From a virus: 64,000 nt of DNA. The translations under genes and the position numbers were made by a program. Under the pieces are notes generated by a model. That model had not been told where the DNA came from. It worked only from the letters and a program-made list of their open reading frames with translations, and did no database searches. This document shows, one piece after another, positions 8,939 to 17,969 of the stretch (position 1 is the stretch's first letter; the number at the start of each line of letters is the position of its first letter). The stretch is taken from positions 3,755 to 67,754 of the IMG/VR virus record IMGVR_UViG_3300035698_018873; one strand, written 5' to 3'.

Positions 8939-9232
8939 TCAGATCAATTCTTTTTGTGTTTTAAGATAAGACTTCCAAATACAAGTTCTTTCCTCTTTCG
9001 AAATACCAACTAAAGCACGAGAAAAAGAAATTTTGCGACCAACAGCACGACAAAAGTTATCTCCAGGATCACATACAGATTTACCATCAGATCCTACTTT
9101 AACAGATTTTTCTTTGAAAACGTCTCCGCATTCCACTTTTTCTATTGTGCAGTAAGTAATCCTGAATTGGCATTCAGTTTTATGCGAAAAATTAAGCCTA
9201 TAGTCAAACCCGTTGTTTGCATTGATAATCAT
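8939..9232 (-). CDS. Hypothetical phage protein
   Basis: AAGGAG SD; GKSVCDPGDNFCRAVGRKISFSRAL motif. Confidence 0.7.
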   Translation of the reverse strand: MIINANNGFDYRLNFSHKTECQFRITYCTIEKVECGDVFKEKSVKVGSDGKSVCDPGDNFCRAVGRKISFSRALVGISKEERTCIWKSYLKTQKELI

Positions 9233-9263
9233 TTTGTCTCCTTAACAATTTTTATTCTTTTGT

Positions 9264-9638
9264 TTAATAAGTAAAGTCATTATTTGTTAAGCCATTATGG
9301 CTAAAAACGATATCATTATTTTCATTTTTTGCATAGCCAAGGTCATGCAGGGTTTGTAATATCTTATTTATGAAAACAAGATTTTCAGTCATTAACAATC
9401 CAGATAGAATTTTTAAAAAATCAACAGAATCCTCCTCCGATTTTTTAGAATCCTCCTCCGATTTTTTAGAATCCACTAATGGCATGACCCTAAAGCCTTT
9501 TGGTCTTGTGCCATCAGTGAAAACAATCGGAATATAAGGACAATAGGTATATCCTTCTTTAAGATGAGTATGTTTACCTTCTGGTATTGACAAAATTAAA
9601 TTAACAAAGTCAACATCCTCAATATTATTCAAAACCAA
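9264..9638 (-). CDS. Hypothetical protein with capsid-like GYxYxPYIP motif
   Basis: ORF with EGYTYCPYIPI and a DSKKSEE duplication; start codon uncertain. Confidence 0.6.
   Translation of the reverse strand: MVLNNIEDVDFVNLILSIPEGKHTHLKEGYTYCPYIPIVFTDGTRPKGFRVMPLVDSKKSEEDSKKSEEDSVDFLKILSGLLMTENLVFINKILQTLHDLGYAKNENNDIVFSHNGLTNNDFTY
9426..9474. repeat. 2.3 x 21-bp tandem repeat (AGAATCCTCCTCCGATTTTTT)
   Basis: Seen directly. Confidence 0.9.
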
Positions 9639-9649
9639 CCTTTCTATTT

Positions 9650-10201
9650 TTAGACAACTGCATCTTCTTTGTAATCAAATGGAGTAGCATCACGACAAGA
9701 TATTAACGGCCCAACAAAAGCTGAGATTTCTTTATTTCCTTTTATATTAATAACAGACCTTGGAATTTTAGTGTTAATAGCCACAAACATCAATCCAGCC
9801 TTGCTTATTTTATAACAGCCATTGGCATTATCATTCTTTGTTTTTTTAGATTGAGGAATTACAAGATCCCATTTTGACAAAGTGGCAAAAACACTGTATT
9901 CTACTGGTTTTAACCCGATGTCGCCAAAATAAAATTCTACATTTTTATTCTTTTTAATATGCGCCACAGCTTTTAAAAATGCCGTCATATTTCCTTTTGA
10001 TATTGATGTTTTAACTAATGATTCACTGAAAACTACCACATCACCATAACATTCATCAGCTGTTCTATCATATCTTTTGCATTCAAAATCATATTTATAA
10101 TCAAATTCAACATTTTTTGACAAAACAGGCTTATTTAAAAAACTGCCAATTACCATTTCTGGAGGAAATCTAGACTTTTCAAAACATTCAAAATCAACCA
10201 T
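9650..10201 (-). CDS. Hypothetical protein
   Basis: 183-aa ORF overlapping the upstream stop. Confidence 0.65.
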   Translation of the reverse strand: MVDFECFEKSRFPPEMVIGSFLNKPVLSKNVEFDYKYDFECKRYDRTADECYGDVVVFSESLVKTSISKGNMTAFLKAVAHIKKNKNVEFYFGDIGLKPVEYSVFATLSKWDLVIPQSKKTKNDNANGCYKISKAGLMFVAINTKIPRSVINIKGNKEISAFVGPLISCRDATPFDYKEDAVV

Positions 10202-11099
10202 CTAATCCACTATCGCACATAGCCCTTATTTCTCTTAATGCTCTGATAGCTTTATCAGGAATCTTTGTTGCTTTTTCTATCCCATCAAGTGTGATTTCTA
10301 AGCAATTGACCAAAAGATCCTTAATCTCCTGTTCTCTTGGCTCATGCGGCAAAGACGACTTTTTATACAAATCCTCAAGACCTCTTTCTTCTTTTTGAAA
10401 ATAAGATTCGATTTCTTCTAATTTCCACTCACCTCGCCTAATAGACTTTAACTGTTCTCTATTTCTTTCTAAATCTAATTCACCTTCTTCTAAAATTTGT
10501 TGTACCTCACCCATTAGTCTTACTACATGGTAAGCAAACTTTACATCATAACCATACTTAGCAACAGTTTCTGCTCTTTTTCCAATACGATTTTGACTTT
10601 TCATCTTTTTTACCTGGCTATAAGCATAACCCTTAAACTTATGCCAACACAATTTTGATAAAAACATCTTTCTATTATCTCTAACAAGTTCACCAACAGA
10701 TGTTGAGTGCAAAACGCAGCGCCTAGGGGTAAACAAGCTATCAATCATGTTTGGATTACAGCCCATACACAAATTAAAATATTTAACAATGCCATAAATA
10801 TTTAAATCGTATTCTCTTCCCTTACCGCCTTCGGCTTCCTTATCAATCAAATGGTGTTTTTGAAATTGATCAAACTTAGGAGGTTGTTTACCAAACCCTG
10901 TAATGTGCCCATCCAAATGAGGAAATATCAAGCCCTTTGGTGGAATAGCGAATCCATAAATGTCAAAGTCACTAGTGTCATCGTTAACACCATATGCTAT
11001 TGACCCCATTATTGTTTCATAATGAACATTATTTCTTAAAAATCTTGGATAATCTTTTATTATTTTTTTTTCTCTAAGTTCATCAAATAAGCCAGACAT
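10194..11099 (-). CDS. Pol-beta-superfamily nucleotidyltransferase (PF10127/RlaP-like)
   Basis: MGSIAYG..DTSDFDIYG, CNPNMIDSLF, FKGYAYSQ, GYDVKFAYHVVRL, LKSIRRG. Confidence 0.88.
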   Translation of the reverse strand: MSGLFDELREKKIIKDYPRFLRNNVHYETIMGSIAYGVNDDTSDFDIYGFAIPPKGLIFPHLDGHITGFGKQPPKFDQFQKHHLIDKEAEGGKGREYDLNIYGIVKYFNLCMGCNPNMIDSLFTPRRCVLHSTSVGELVRDNRKMFLSKLCWHKFKGYAYSQVKKMKSQNRIGKRAETVAKYGYDVKFAYHVVRLMGEVQQILEEGELDLERNREQLKSIRRGEWKLEEIESYFQKEERGLEDLYKKSSLPHEPREQEIKDLLVNCLEITLDGIEKATKIPDKAIRALREIRAMCDSGLDG

Positions 11100-11721
11100 T
11101 TTTTACCTCATAAACATGTTTTGAGTCTTTAATGTTATTGTAATCTTCTAACGACATCTGTATTACCGTGCCTGCCATAAACCTTCTGCTCTTTATTATA
11201 TATATTATTACTGAAGCAGATCCGTAGTGCCCAATACGATAAACTAATTCAGCTTTTGTTACAAAATTACGAATAGGGCTAGTACTAAAGTCCCAATCAA
11301 TACTTTTAAAATCTATAATATCTGCTTTTTCAAGAATGTCAAGAACCACAGATCTACCAGCACTATCAAATTCGCGTTGCTTTTCATATTTCTTGAGATT
11401 CAAGTACCAGATTAATCCACATGGCATATCACTGCTCATGATTTCCTTAGCTTGCCTATCAACGTTATCCTGGCCAAAAATGCTGCCAATTTCGCCACTG
11501 AGGGTAATATGACTCATAGTCAATGGTTCTTTTAATAACGGCTCAATAATGGCTTCTAATAACGAGAGTTCTTTATCATCAACATCAGGTGCAAAAAGTT
11601 CATTCCAGATAGGCATACAGACAGCAAGATCACTTTTCAAAAAGGATTTACTGTCTATTGATAATATATATCCAGCATCTTGTAAAGATTTGCAAATTTG
11701 GTCTCGTTTTAGTTCGCTCAT
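11083..11721 (-). CDS. Hypothetical protein
   Basis: 212-aa ORF. Confidence 0.65.
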   Translation of the reverse strand: MSELKRDQICKSLQDAGYILSIDSKSFLKSDLAVCMPIWNELFAPDVDDKELSLLEAIIEPLLKEPLTMSHITLSGEIGSIFGQDNVDRQAKEIMSSDMPCGLIWYLNLKKYEKQREFDSAGRSVVLDILEKADIIDFKSIDWDFSTSPIRNFVTKAELVYRIGHYGSASVIIYIIKSRRFMAGTVIQMSLEDYNNIKDSKHVYEVKNVWLI

Positions 11722-11768
11722 AAGTATTTGTACTTGTGCAAAAATACTAGTAAACAGTATATATTTTT

Positions 11769-12092
11769 ATGAATATAGAAGATATAGAAGTAAATTTTGA
11801 ATCCAAAATCGGTCTCACTGAAGATTTTAAGCCAGTAATCGGCATCAGTGGCACAATTAATTTAGAAGGAGTAACAGACTTTAAGAATCTTAGCGGAGCA
11901 GACGAGGAAGAAATAGATAAATACATCTGCGAAAAAATGTTGAAGGCAATGAAAGAAAAAAAGAAATGCCCAGGAGCAGTAGCAACTATAGAATATTTAA
12001 AACTCTTGATTGATTCTGGTGATACGCCAAAAGATATGCTAATGACTGCATGCGACAATGCGCTAAGTCTTATTGGTCGCAATCAATTGTGA
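11769..12092 (+). CDS. Hypothetical protein; last 40 codons shared with 5528..5992
   Basis: Only credible plus-strand gene in the left 21 kb; C-terminus PGAVATIEYLKLLIDSGDTPKDMLMTACDNALSLIGRNQL. Confidence 0.75.
   Translation: MNIEDIEVNFESKIGLTEDFKPVIGISGTINLEGVTDFKNLSGADEEEIDKYICEKMLKAMKEKKKCPGAVATIEYLKLLIDSGDTPKDMLMTACDNALSLIGRNQL
11969..12092. repeat. Inverted repeat, right arm (pairs with 5528..5651)
   Basis: Manual alignment, about 90% identity. Confidence 0.9.
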
Positions 12093-12103
12093 GGTATAAG
12101 TGC

Positions 12104-12292
12104 TCATAACAAAACACTTTCATCGTCAGACTCATCGTCTATTGGTTCTAAATCATATTCAGTTTCCCAGCCAATTTCTACTACTTCTTTTTTGCCGCAT
12201 CCTGGGCAATCTAATACTTTATCAAGGTTGTCAAATGACAATAATTCATAAGGTACGTGATCGCAGTCACACATAGAATCAAAATAAAACAT
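12104..12292 (-). CDS. Small zinc-ribbon protein
   Basis: CDCDH..CPGCG; AAGGA SD. Confidence 0.6.
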   Translation of the reverse strand: MFYFDSMCDCDHVPYELLSFDNLDKVLDCPGCGKKEVVEIGWETEYDLEPIDDESDDESVLL

Positions 12293-12299
12293 TTTTCCT

Positions 12300-12707
12300 T
12301 TAACATGTGACTATATCGTGCACCATCTCATAACGAATCCGTATGTTATCCCCACGATCAGCAGCTGATAAGAAAAGAATTTTGTAACATTGGTCATATG
12401 TCGAATTAATATTTTTTACATAATTTAAAAAATTACTCTTCATAATAGTTCTGCCACAGATGTCTCTATCTGAAATGATGACAGCCTCAACACCATCGGG
12501 CTTAAATAAAACTTTGTGTTTATTAGAAACATAATCAACGCCATAAATGAGAACCCTACCAGGCATAACTTGTTTGATGATACCCAAAGCCCATTTGTTA
12601 TCTTCATCTCTCTTACGTTCAAATTCTTTGCGTCCAGCTTTAAACAGTTTGTTTTCTCTATTGCTGATTTCACGACGCAAAATGTGTTTTGGAATTTTTT
12701 TTAACAA
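12300..12707 (-). CDS. Hypothetical protein
   Basis: 135-aa ORF, TTG start. Confidence 0.55.
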   Translation of the reverse strand: MLKKIPKHILRREISNRENKLFKAGRKEFERKRDEDNKWALGIIKQVMPGRVLIYGVDYVSNKHKVLFKPDGVEAVIISDRDICGRTIMKSNFLNYVKNINSTYDQCYKILFLSAADRGDNIRIRYEMVHDIVTC

Positions 12708-12746
12708 TTTTTTCGTATGCGGCTAGTTTCTTGTCACTTATAATCA

Positions 12747-12938
12747 TTAATGCATTACCAATTTGCCGTCATTGTGACATTCGCATGTACATGGTTTTGG
12801 TGATAGACGATTTTCTTTTACATCTTTAGGCCATTCTTCAATAAACCTAAGTCTCATTAATTTGTTCCATCTGTCTTGATCTAAATTTCCGTATTTATCA
12901 CGAAATTTTATATAACAATGGTTACAACAAGGGTCCAT
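12747..12938 (-). CDS. Small Cys-rich hypothetical protein
   Basis: CCNHC..PCTCECH; TAATG coupling. Confidence 0.6.
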   Translation of the reverse strand: MDPCCNHCYIKFRDKYGNLDQDRWNKLMRLRFIEEWPKDVKENRLSPKPCTCECHNDGKLVMH

Positions 12939-13165
12939 TATGAATCACCTTTTACTGGATTAATTATTTTCATCACTTGATCCATGCCATACAAAACAAT
13001 GTATTGTCTTCCAAGCATCACAAGAAATAAAATCAAAATGAGCGCAAAGCACAACAACCAAATTGGAAATACAGTACCATTAATGATACCATTAAAGAAA
13101 TAGCCAATAATAAAGCCACTAACAATGAAGTAGAAAGAAGTTTTGAATTCAAGCATACTGCACAC
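12938..13165 (-). CDS. Small membrane protein (two hydrophobic segments)
   Basis: FYFIVSGFIIGYFF and IWLLCFALILILFLVML. Confidence 0.6.
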   Translation of the reverse strand: MCSMLEFKTSFYFIVSGFIIGYFFNGIINGTVFPIWLLCFALILILFLVMLGRQYIVLYGMDQVMKIINPVKGDS

Positions 13166-13263
13166 ATTTATTTAATAAACGACTTCTTATAACCATACCA
13201 TTTTATAATGGTTGTTCAAAGTTGATAAATTATTATAGATCTTTAAATACAATTAGTCTTGAG

Positions 13264-13653
13264 CTAATCGCCAGTATATCCGCCTGATCCCTTAGAAGCA
13301 TAATACGCTACAGGGTCAGAATTTCCAACGTCTTTATAAACTATTTTGTTTATTTCATGATTGATATGGCTATGTTCATTTTCTGCCGTGCGAAGTAAAT
13401 TTCTTAATCGATCTAGCTCATTTAATTGATCTTGTTTCATCCACGCAGAGTTATAAGGATATGCTTTTTTAACTTCTTCTCTTAATTTTTTAACTTTAAT
13501 CCAAGAATCATTTAATAATTCTTTTAACCTAGCAACTTTTTCTTCTTCATTTTCTTCATTCTCAGGTTCTAATTGATCGCTTACATCAATCGCTTCTTTT
13601 ATTGGTTGCTTACGCCCATCAATTGCATTACCAAATTCGCTGCCGCTAAGCAT
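13264..13653 (-). CDS. Hypothetical coiled-coil protein
   Basis: AGGAG SD; helical heptad pattern. Confidence 0.7.
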   Translation of the reverse strand: MLSGSEFGNAIDGRKQPIKEAIDVSDQLEPENEENEEEKVARLKELLNDSWIKVKKLREEVKKAYPYNSAWMKQDQLNELDRLRNLLRTAENEHSHINHEINKIVYKDVGNSDPVAYYASKGSGGYTGD

Positions 13654-13702
13654 GACTACTCCTAATATTGATTATATTCAAGCTTCCTACATTTGACTAC
13701 AA

Positions 13703-13936
13703 TCATTCTTCTTCAAAACCGCACTCTAAACATACCAATGGGTTATCAACGCAGGCACTGCACGGTGGTGCTATATGGCAATAACAACCAATCACTTCTT
13801 CAAACCCCATTTTACCAGAACAATTTTCACAATGGCAATCATCACCTTCTTCTAGCCGTGTCTTTTGTTCTTCTACATCTGGACAATTCATGTCGTCTGG
13901 ACATACAGCACCAGAGTCTATTTCTTCTATATTCAT
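13703..13936 (-). CDS. Cys-rich zinc-binding protein
   Basis: CHCENC..CYCHIAPPCSAC..CLECG. Confidence 0.7.
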   Translation of the reverse strand: MNIEEIDSGAVCPDDMNCPDVEEQKTRLEEGDDCHCENCSGKMGFEEVIGCYCHIAPPCSACVDNPLVCLECGFEEE

Positions 13937-13988
13937 TTAAACACCTTTACTAAGCAGCTCGATGTAATATTTACCCACTGACATGTCT

Positions 13989-14288
13989 TCAACTAGCATT
14001 GATATCAACCACATCTAATCCATCTTCGCCTTGTTCAAACATATCGGCTAACCCACTAGTTATCATTGCAAAAATCCTAGTATTGCCTGTTTCATCAATT
14101 TCTTTATTAAGATAATCAGTTAATTGCGCAGTCAATTCTTGTTCATCATTGATTATTATTTTTTTAACTGTAGGGTCCAACCCAATTTCATCAGGAAGTA
14201 TTTCCTTAGCGATGTATGCAATATCTTTACTAGATAACCTGATTGATATTCCTCCACGCACATTTTTAGCTTCTGGTGGCATTGTCAT
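13989..14288 (-). CDS. Hypothetical protein
   Basis: ORF with AAGGA SD. Confidence 0.65.
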   Translation of the reverse strand: MTMPPEAKNVRGGISIRLSSKDIAYIAKEILPDEIGLDPTVKKIIINDEQELTAQLTDYLNKEIDETGNTRIFAMITSGLADMFEQGEDGLDVVDINAS

Positions 14289-14325
14289 TTGTTAGTCCTT
14301 TACTAGCTATCGTGTTCTTTAATTT

Positions 14326-14589
14326 TCAAAGCTCATTAGCTAAATCAACTGCTTTTTCACCTAAGGCTATCCTGATACAATTTTCTGCCTGACTATACTC
14401 CATAGTTTTACAACCTTTTAATGCCATTGCGACTGCATTTAGTTGTGAAACAATGCTTGAATTTTCAAATCGTTCTATTTTGAGTTCTGGGCAACCATCT
14501 GGCTGATAATAAGCTGATATTGATTTAATAGTCGGGTCATTCTTAAAATCTTCTAGAACCTTCTTAAAATCAATGCTGTCATAACTCAT
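14326..14589 (-). CDS. Hypothetical protein
   Basis: ORF with AGGAG SD. Confidence 0.65.
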   Translation of the reverse strand: MSYDSIDFKKVLEDFKNDPTIKSISAYYQPDGCPELKIERFENSSIVSQLNAVAMALKGCKTMEYSQAENCIRIALGEKAVDLANEL

Positions 14590-14778
14590 ATGATTCTCCT
14601 AAACATTTGGCGGTATTGTGGATTTTATTACATCGTCCACACTGGATTCATACTTGTTTTTATCTGGTTCAGCGATGGGTAAATACCAAATAAAATTACT
14701 AAAAATCAATATTGGCTTATATTACGTTACAATCACTTAAGTTTTATTTCACAAAAATACCAGTAATTCAGTGGTTAG

Positions 14779-16734
14779 TCATAAGCAAATCAAGAATCTA
14801 ATTTTAGATGCTTCAGGAATTTTTCTTAGCGAATTTAACGATGCCCAATTTGCTTCAGAATAGTTATTCTTTTTGGCTTGATCATAAACAGTCTTCTTGT
14901 GTATTCGTATGTTTTGTCTATTTTTATAGTGATAACTTGGCCTTGTTTCACCATCACGCTTCCATCCAGCGGCTTGATATATTGCCCCAGTATGTCCTTG
15001 AGTTGTATCTGCGAAAGATACTAACATTAATATGTCATCATTGTTTGACTTATATTTTTTAACCACTCTGGACAAAAACCAGGAGGCCAAATTCTTCTTT
15101 TGGAAATTAGGATTAATACAAAATCGTACCAGTTCTCTCATTTGTGAAGGTTCCAAATTTTGTTTATAAGCTGTTTCTTGTCTGGTTATTGGTCCTATTG
15201 TAGCTGAGGCTATCAGTTTATCCCCTAAATATGCTCCTAGCGTAGTGCCATGCCTGCCTGATATTCCAATATAGTGAAATGCCTGATAAAATGGCAAATA
15301 GATATCAGGGTCTATTTCTTTTAAAACAATATCATTAAATTCAAATGATATTGTTTTAAAAGAATCTTCTATGAATTCCCCCACTTTTATGAAATTATTA
15401 GCTGCAACTATGAATTTATCTTTAAATTTATCAAATCCAGATAATATTTTTTGCCTTTCTTTGTCTTTCATTCTGAGCCAGTCTGATTTAATTTCAACTA
15501 TTGCAAATTCGCCATTGCTTAACCATAGCCTAAAATCTGGAACAAAATGTCTTGCCCCATCATGTTCATACTCAATTAAATCAAAATCTCTTTCAATAAA
15601 TTTAATATTTTCATTGGCGTCACACCATTTTATGAAATTCTCTTCATAGGATGAATCAAAAGGCATTTCACCCCACCTAGAACTGACAACTCCTCTTTTA
15701 GAATTGCATTTGCCATTTTTCCTAAGTATTGATGTGCGTTTTGAAGCTTTATATCTATTTGTGATATCAGACCAGTATAAAGCTTGCTTCTGCCTAACTA
15801 CATCGACATATTGTGGGTTGTCTTTCCAAAATTTCTTACCATTAATAGATCCAATTTCTTTGCACAATTTTTTAACATCATCTGAATGTTCTTTGCCATA
15901 AAATGGGTTGCCACTGCCACTAAACATCTCAGAAACTGTAGTCGGAATTACATTTTTGGCTGCTAATGCATTTGAAACAGTGGTTATAGTGCAGTTATAC
16001 CTTTGAGCAACTTTTGACATATTACCATGATGTTTATAAGCTTTTATCAATTCATCTTTATCGAATATAGTTTGTTGTTCTGATATGGTTTGTATTTTTA
16101 TATTGTTCTTTTTTAATTTGTGAAATACAAACCCAACGCTTCTATTAAGAAATTTGGCTATAGAAGACATACCATGTAAAGAATATGCTGATGACCACCA
16201 TTCTTCATTATCTTTGTATTCTGGTAATGATACTTTTTTAATAGAATCGATTTTATTTTTAATTATGATTTGTTTTCTTATTTTAATTTTATTATCAATT
16301 AAAACATTTTTAATTGCATAACTGCTTATTTTGTATTTTTTAGACAATTTATTAATAGACATTAAAGTGTAGTCTTTGCATATGCCAACAGAGTCAATGC
16401 TTTCAGATATAGGTGCGATATCAAGCTTTTTACAGATGCGATTGACAGCAGATGCAGACGATCCTGCCAAATCTGCTATTTGTTGCATAGTATAACCTTT
16501 TGGCCTAAGGTCTTTTACTTTTTCTATCAAGCCATCGTCAAATTTTGACTTTTGAGCATCAATGTGATTGCGCGATCCAACGCCAATTCTCTTTAACAAT
16601 TTCATCACTGATCTTCTTGGTATACCAAACTTTTCTCCTATTTCTTTTTGTGTCATGCCATCGTTGTAGTTGTTAGTGATTTCTTGTTTCTGATTATCAG
16701 AAAACAAATCTTCCAATGCTTCTCTTGAACTCAT
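14779..16734 (-). CDS. Five HTH + NUMOD3 + TnsA-like PD-(D/E)XK endonuclease + Mom-like GNAT fusion
   Basis: HTH repeats; GNPFYGKEHS; FDSSYE..FVPDF..IVEIK; FHYIG..ELVRF..KNLASWFLS..VSFADTTQGHTGAIYQAAGW. Confidence 0.8.
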   Translation of the reverse strand: MSSREALEDLFSDNQKQEITNNYNDGMTQKEIGEKFGIPRRSVMKLLKRIGVGSRNHIDAQKSKFDDGLIEKVKDLRPKGYTMQQIADLAGSSASAVNRICKKLDIAPISESIDSVGICKDYTLMSINKLSKKYKISSYAIKNVLIDNKIKIRKQIIIKNKIDSIKKVSLPEYKDNEEWWSSAYSLHGMSSIAKFLNRSVGFVFHKLKKNNIKIQTISEQQTIFDKDELIKAYKHHGNMSKVAQRYNCTITTVSNALAAKNVIPTTVSEMFSGSGNPFYGKEHSDDVKKLCKEIGSINGKKFWKDNPQYVDVVRQKQALYWSDITNRYKASKRTSILRKNGKCNSKRGVVSSRWGEMPFDSSYEENFIKWCDANENIKFIERDFDLIEYEHDGARHFVPDFRLWLSNGEFAIVEIKSDWLRMKDKERQKILSGFDKFKDKFIVAANNFIKVGEFIEDSFKTISFEFNDIVLKEIDPDIYLPFYQAFHYIGISGRHGTTLGAYLGDKLIASATIGPITRQETAYKQNLEPSQMRELVRFCINPNFQKKNLASWFLSRVVKKYKSNNDDILMLVSFADTTQGHTGAIYQAAGWKRDGETRPSYHYKNRQNIRIHKKTVYDQAKKNNYSEANWASLNSLRKIPEASKIRFLICL

Positions 16735-16740
16735 AATTAC

Positions 16741-16749
16741 ATTTTAGCA
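16741..16749 (-). promoter_or_regulatory. Extended -10 promoter (TGcTAAAAT), leaderless
   Basis: TG-N-TAAAAT followed by 6 nt and the ATG at 16734; no SD. Confidence 0.5.
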
Positions 16750-16790
16750 ACCAGGAAAAAACATATAATTATTCTTATCATACCGTGTCA

Positions 16791-17969
16791 TTATTTTGCG
16801 TGAACAGATTTAAACACTAGTATTGGTTCATAAGTTTTTTCCCTACCCATGAATGACGCTGTTTTCATTTCTAAAATTTCTGTTAAGGATCTGTTGTGTT
16901 TTTTAGCAATACTAATACACAGACCCTTTTGCCGAAGTGGCAAATTAAGCGCTATTATCCCACTAAACTTTTTAAATATATTATCAAGTATGGGTTCTGT
17001 TTTTGTACTGTGCGAATCAACTCCACAATAATGCTCTGTGTCGTCATATGGAGGAGATGTAAAAAGCAAATCACCTTTAGGAAAATCAACTTTTGATGAG
17101 TCTGCGTACTCAATATTCGCATTAACTTTATTATCAAAGTAATCAGCAATTTTTTTGTTAGATTTCACAGAATTTTCGTTTAAGTCATACCCATGATATT
17201 TAATGTTTCTGCCAACACATCCGATAAGTCTTCCGCCCCATCCCATTGTGGGGTCAACTACAATTCCACCGTTTGGAATATACTTGTCATAAATATATGC
17301 TGCCACCCATGGTTTAAAAACAGAAACAATGGTAAAATCTCTAAAGTGTCTAGCTATAACTGACATTAAACTATAAATATTGCATTTTTTGCTATTCTTC
17401 CACATCATCTCAACCGCTTTTTTTAACACAATTGTGTTTCCCTTTTTCCAAGCGTCTGAAACACAATTGTAATGCTTATGCGTGGAAAAATAAAAATGAT
17501 CATTGAAATGTTTTATAAAATTAACCGCTGAAGGATTACTATAATTGGCATTTAAAGTAGGCTTTACTTTCAATATATTGCTAGAAAATTTATTTAATAT
17601 ATTATTGTGATATTGAGGATGTTTGAATCCAAACTTTACTAACCATTTGCTGCATTGTTCATGGGCTTTAAAATGCTCTTTCCAATCACAATAATATATC
17701 TCATCATCGGTTTTTCTACTGTGAGCAGATTCAACAGTTCTTTTACTTACACCCAATTTTTTAGCTATGTCATTATATGCAAGCCCATCATTTAACTGTT
17801 CATTTATGTAATTTTTGTTATTTAATTCTTTTGGTCTCATAGATTTGTTATAACTAGTATCAACGCCAGCTTTCTTCAACCTTTTTCTAATCGTCATAGC
17901 AGAAACTTTATACTTTTCTGCCATTTGTCTTAAGCTCATATTTTTGTAATCTTCAATTAGTTCTTGCAT
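16791..17969 (-). CDS. HTH-fused amino (N4C/N6A) DNA methyltransferase
   Basis: Two N-terminal HTH; FKPWVA, DPTMGWGGRL (motif I), FTSPPY (motif IV). Confidence 0.82.
   Translation of the reverse strand: MQELIEDYKNMSLRQMAEKYKVSAMTIRKRLKKAGVDTSYNKSMRPKELNNKNYINEQLNDGLAYNDIAKKLGVSKRTVESAHSRKTDDEIYYCDWKEHFKAHEQCSKWLVKFGFKHPQYHNNILNKFSSNILKVKPTLNANYSNPSAVNFIKHFNDHFYFSTHKHYNCVSDAWKKGNTIVLKKAVEMMWKNSKKCNIYSLMSVIARHFRDFTIVSVFKPWVAAYIYDKYIPNGGIVVDPTMGWGGRLIGCVGRNIKYHGYDLNENSVKSNKKIADYFDNKVNANIEYADSSKVDFPKGDLLFTSPPYDDTEHYCGVDSHSTKTEPILDNIFKKFSGIIALNLPLRQKGLCISIAKKHNRSLTEILEMKTASFMGREKTYEPILVFKSVHAK

Noticed and set aside
5528-12092. Diversity-generating retroelement TR/VR pair
   Set aside because: Mismatches are not confined to adenines (several C/T changes), both copies are coding, and no reverse transcriptase is present
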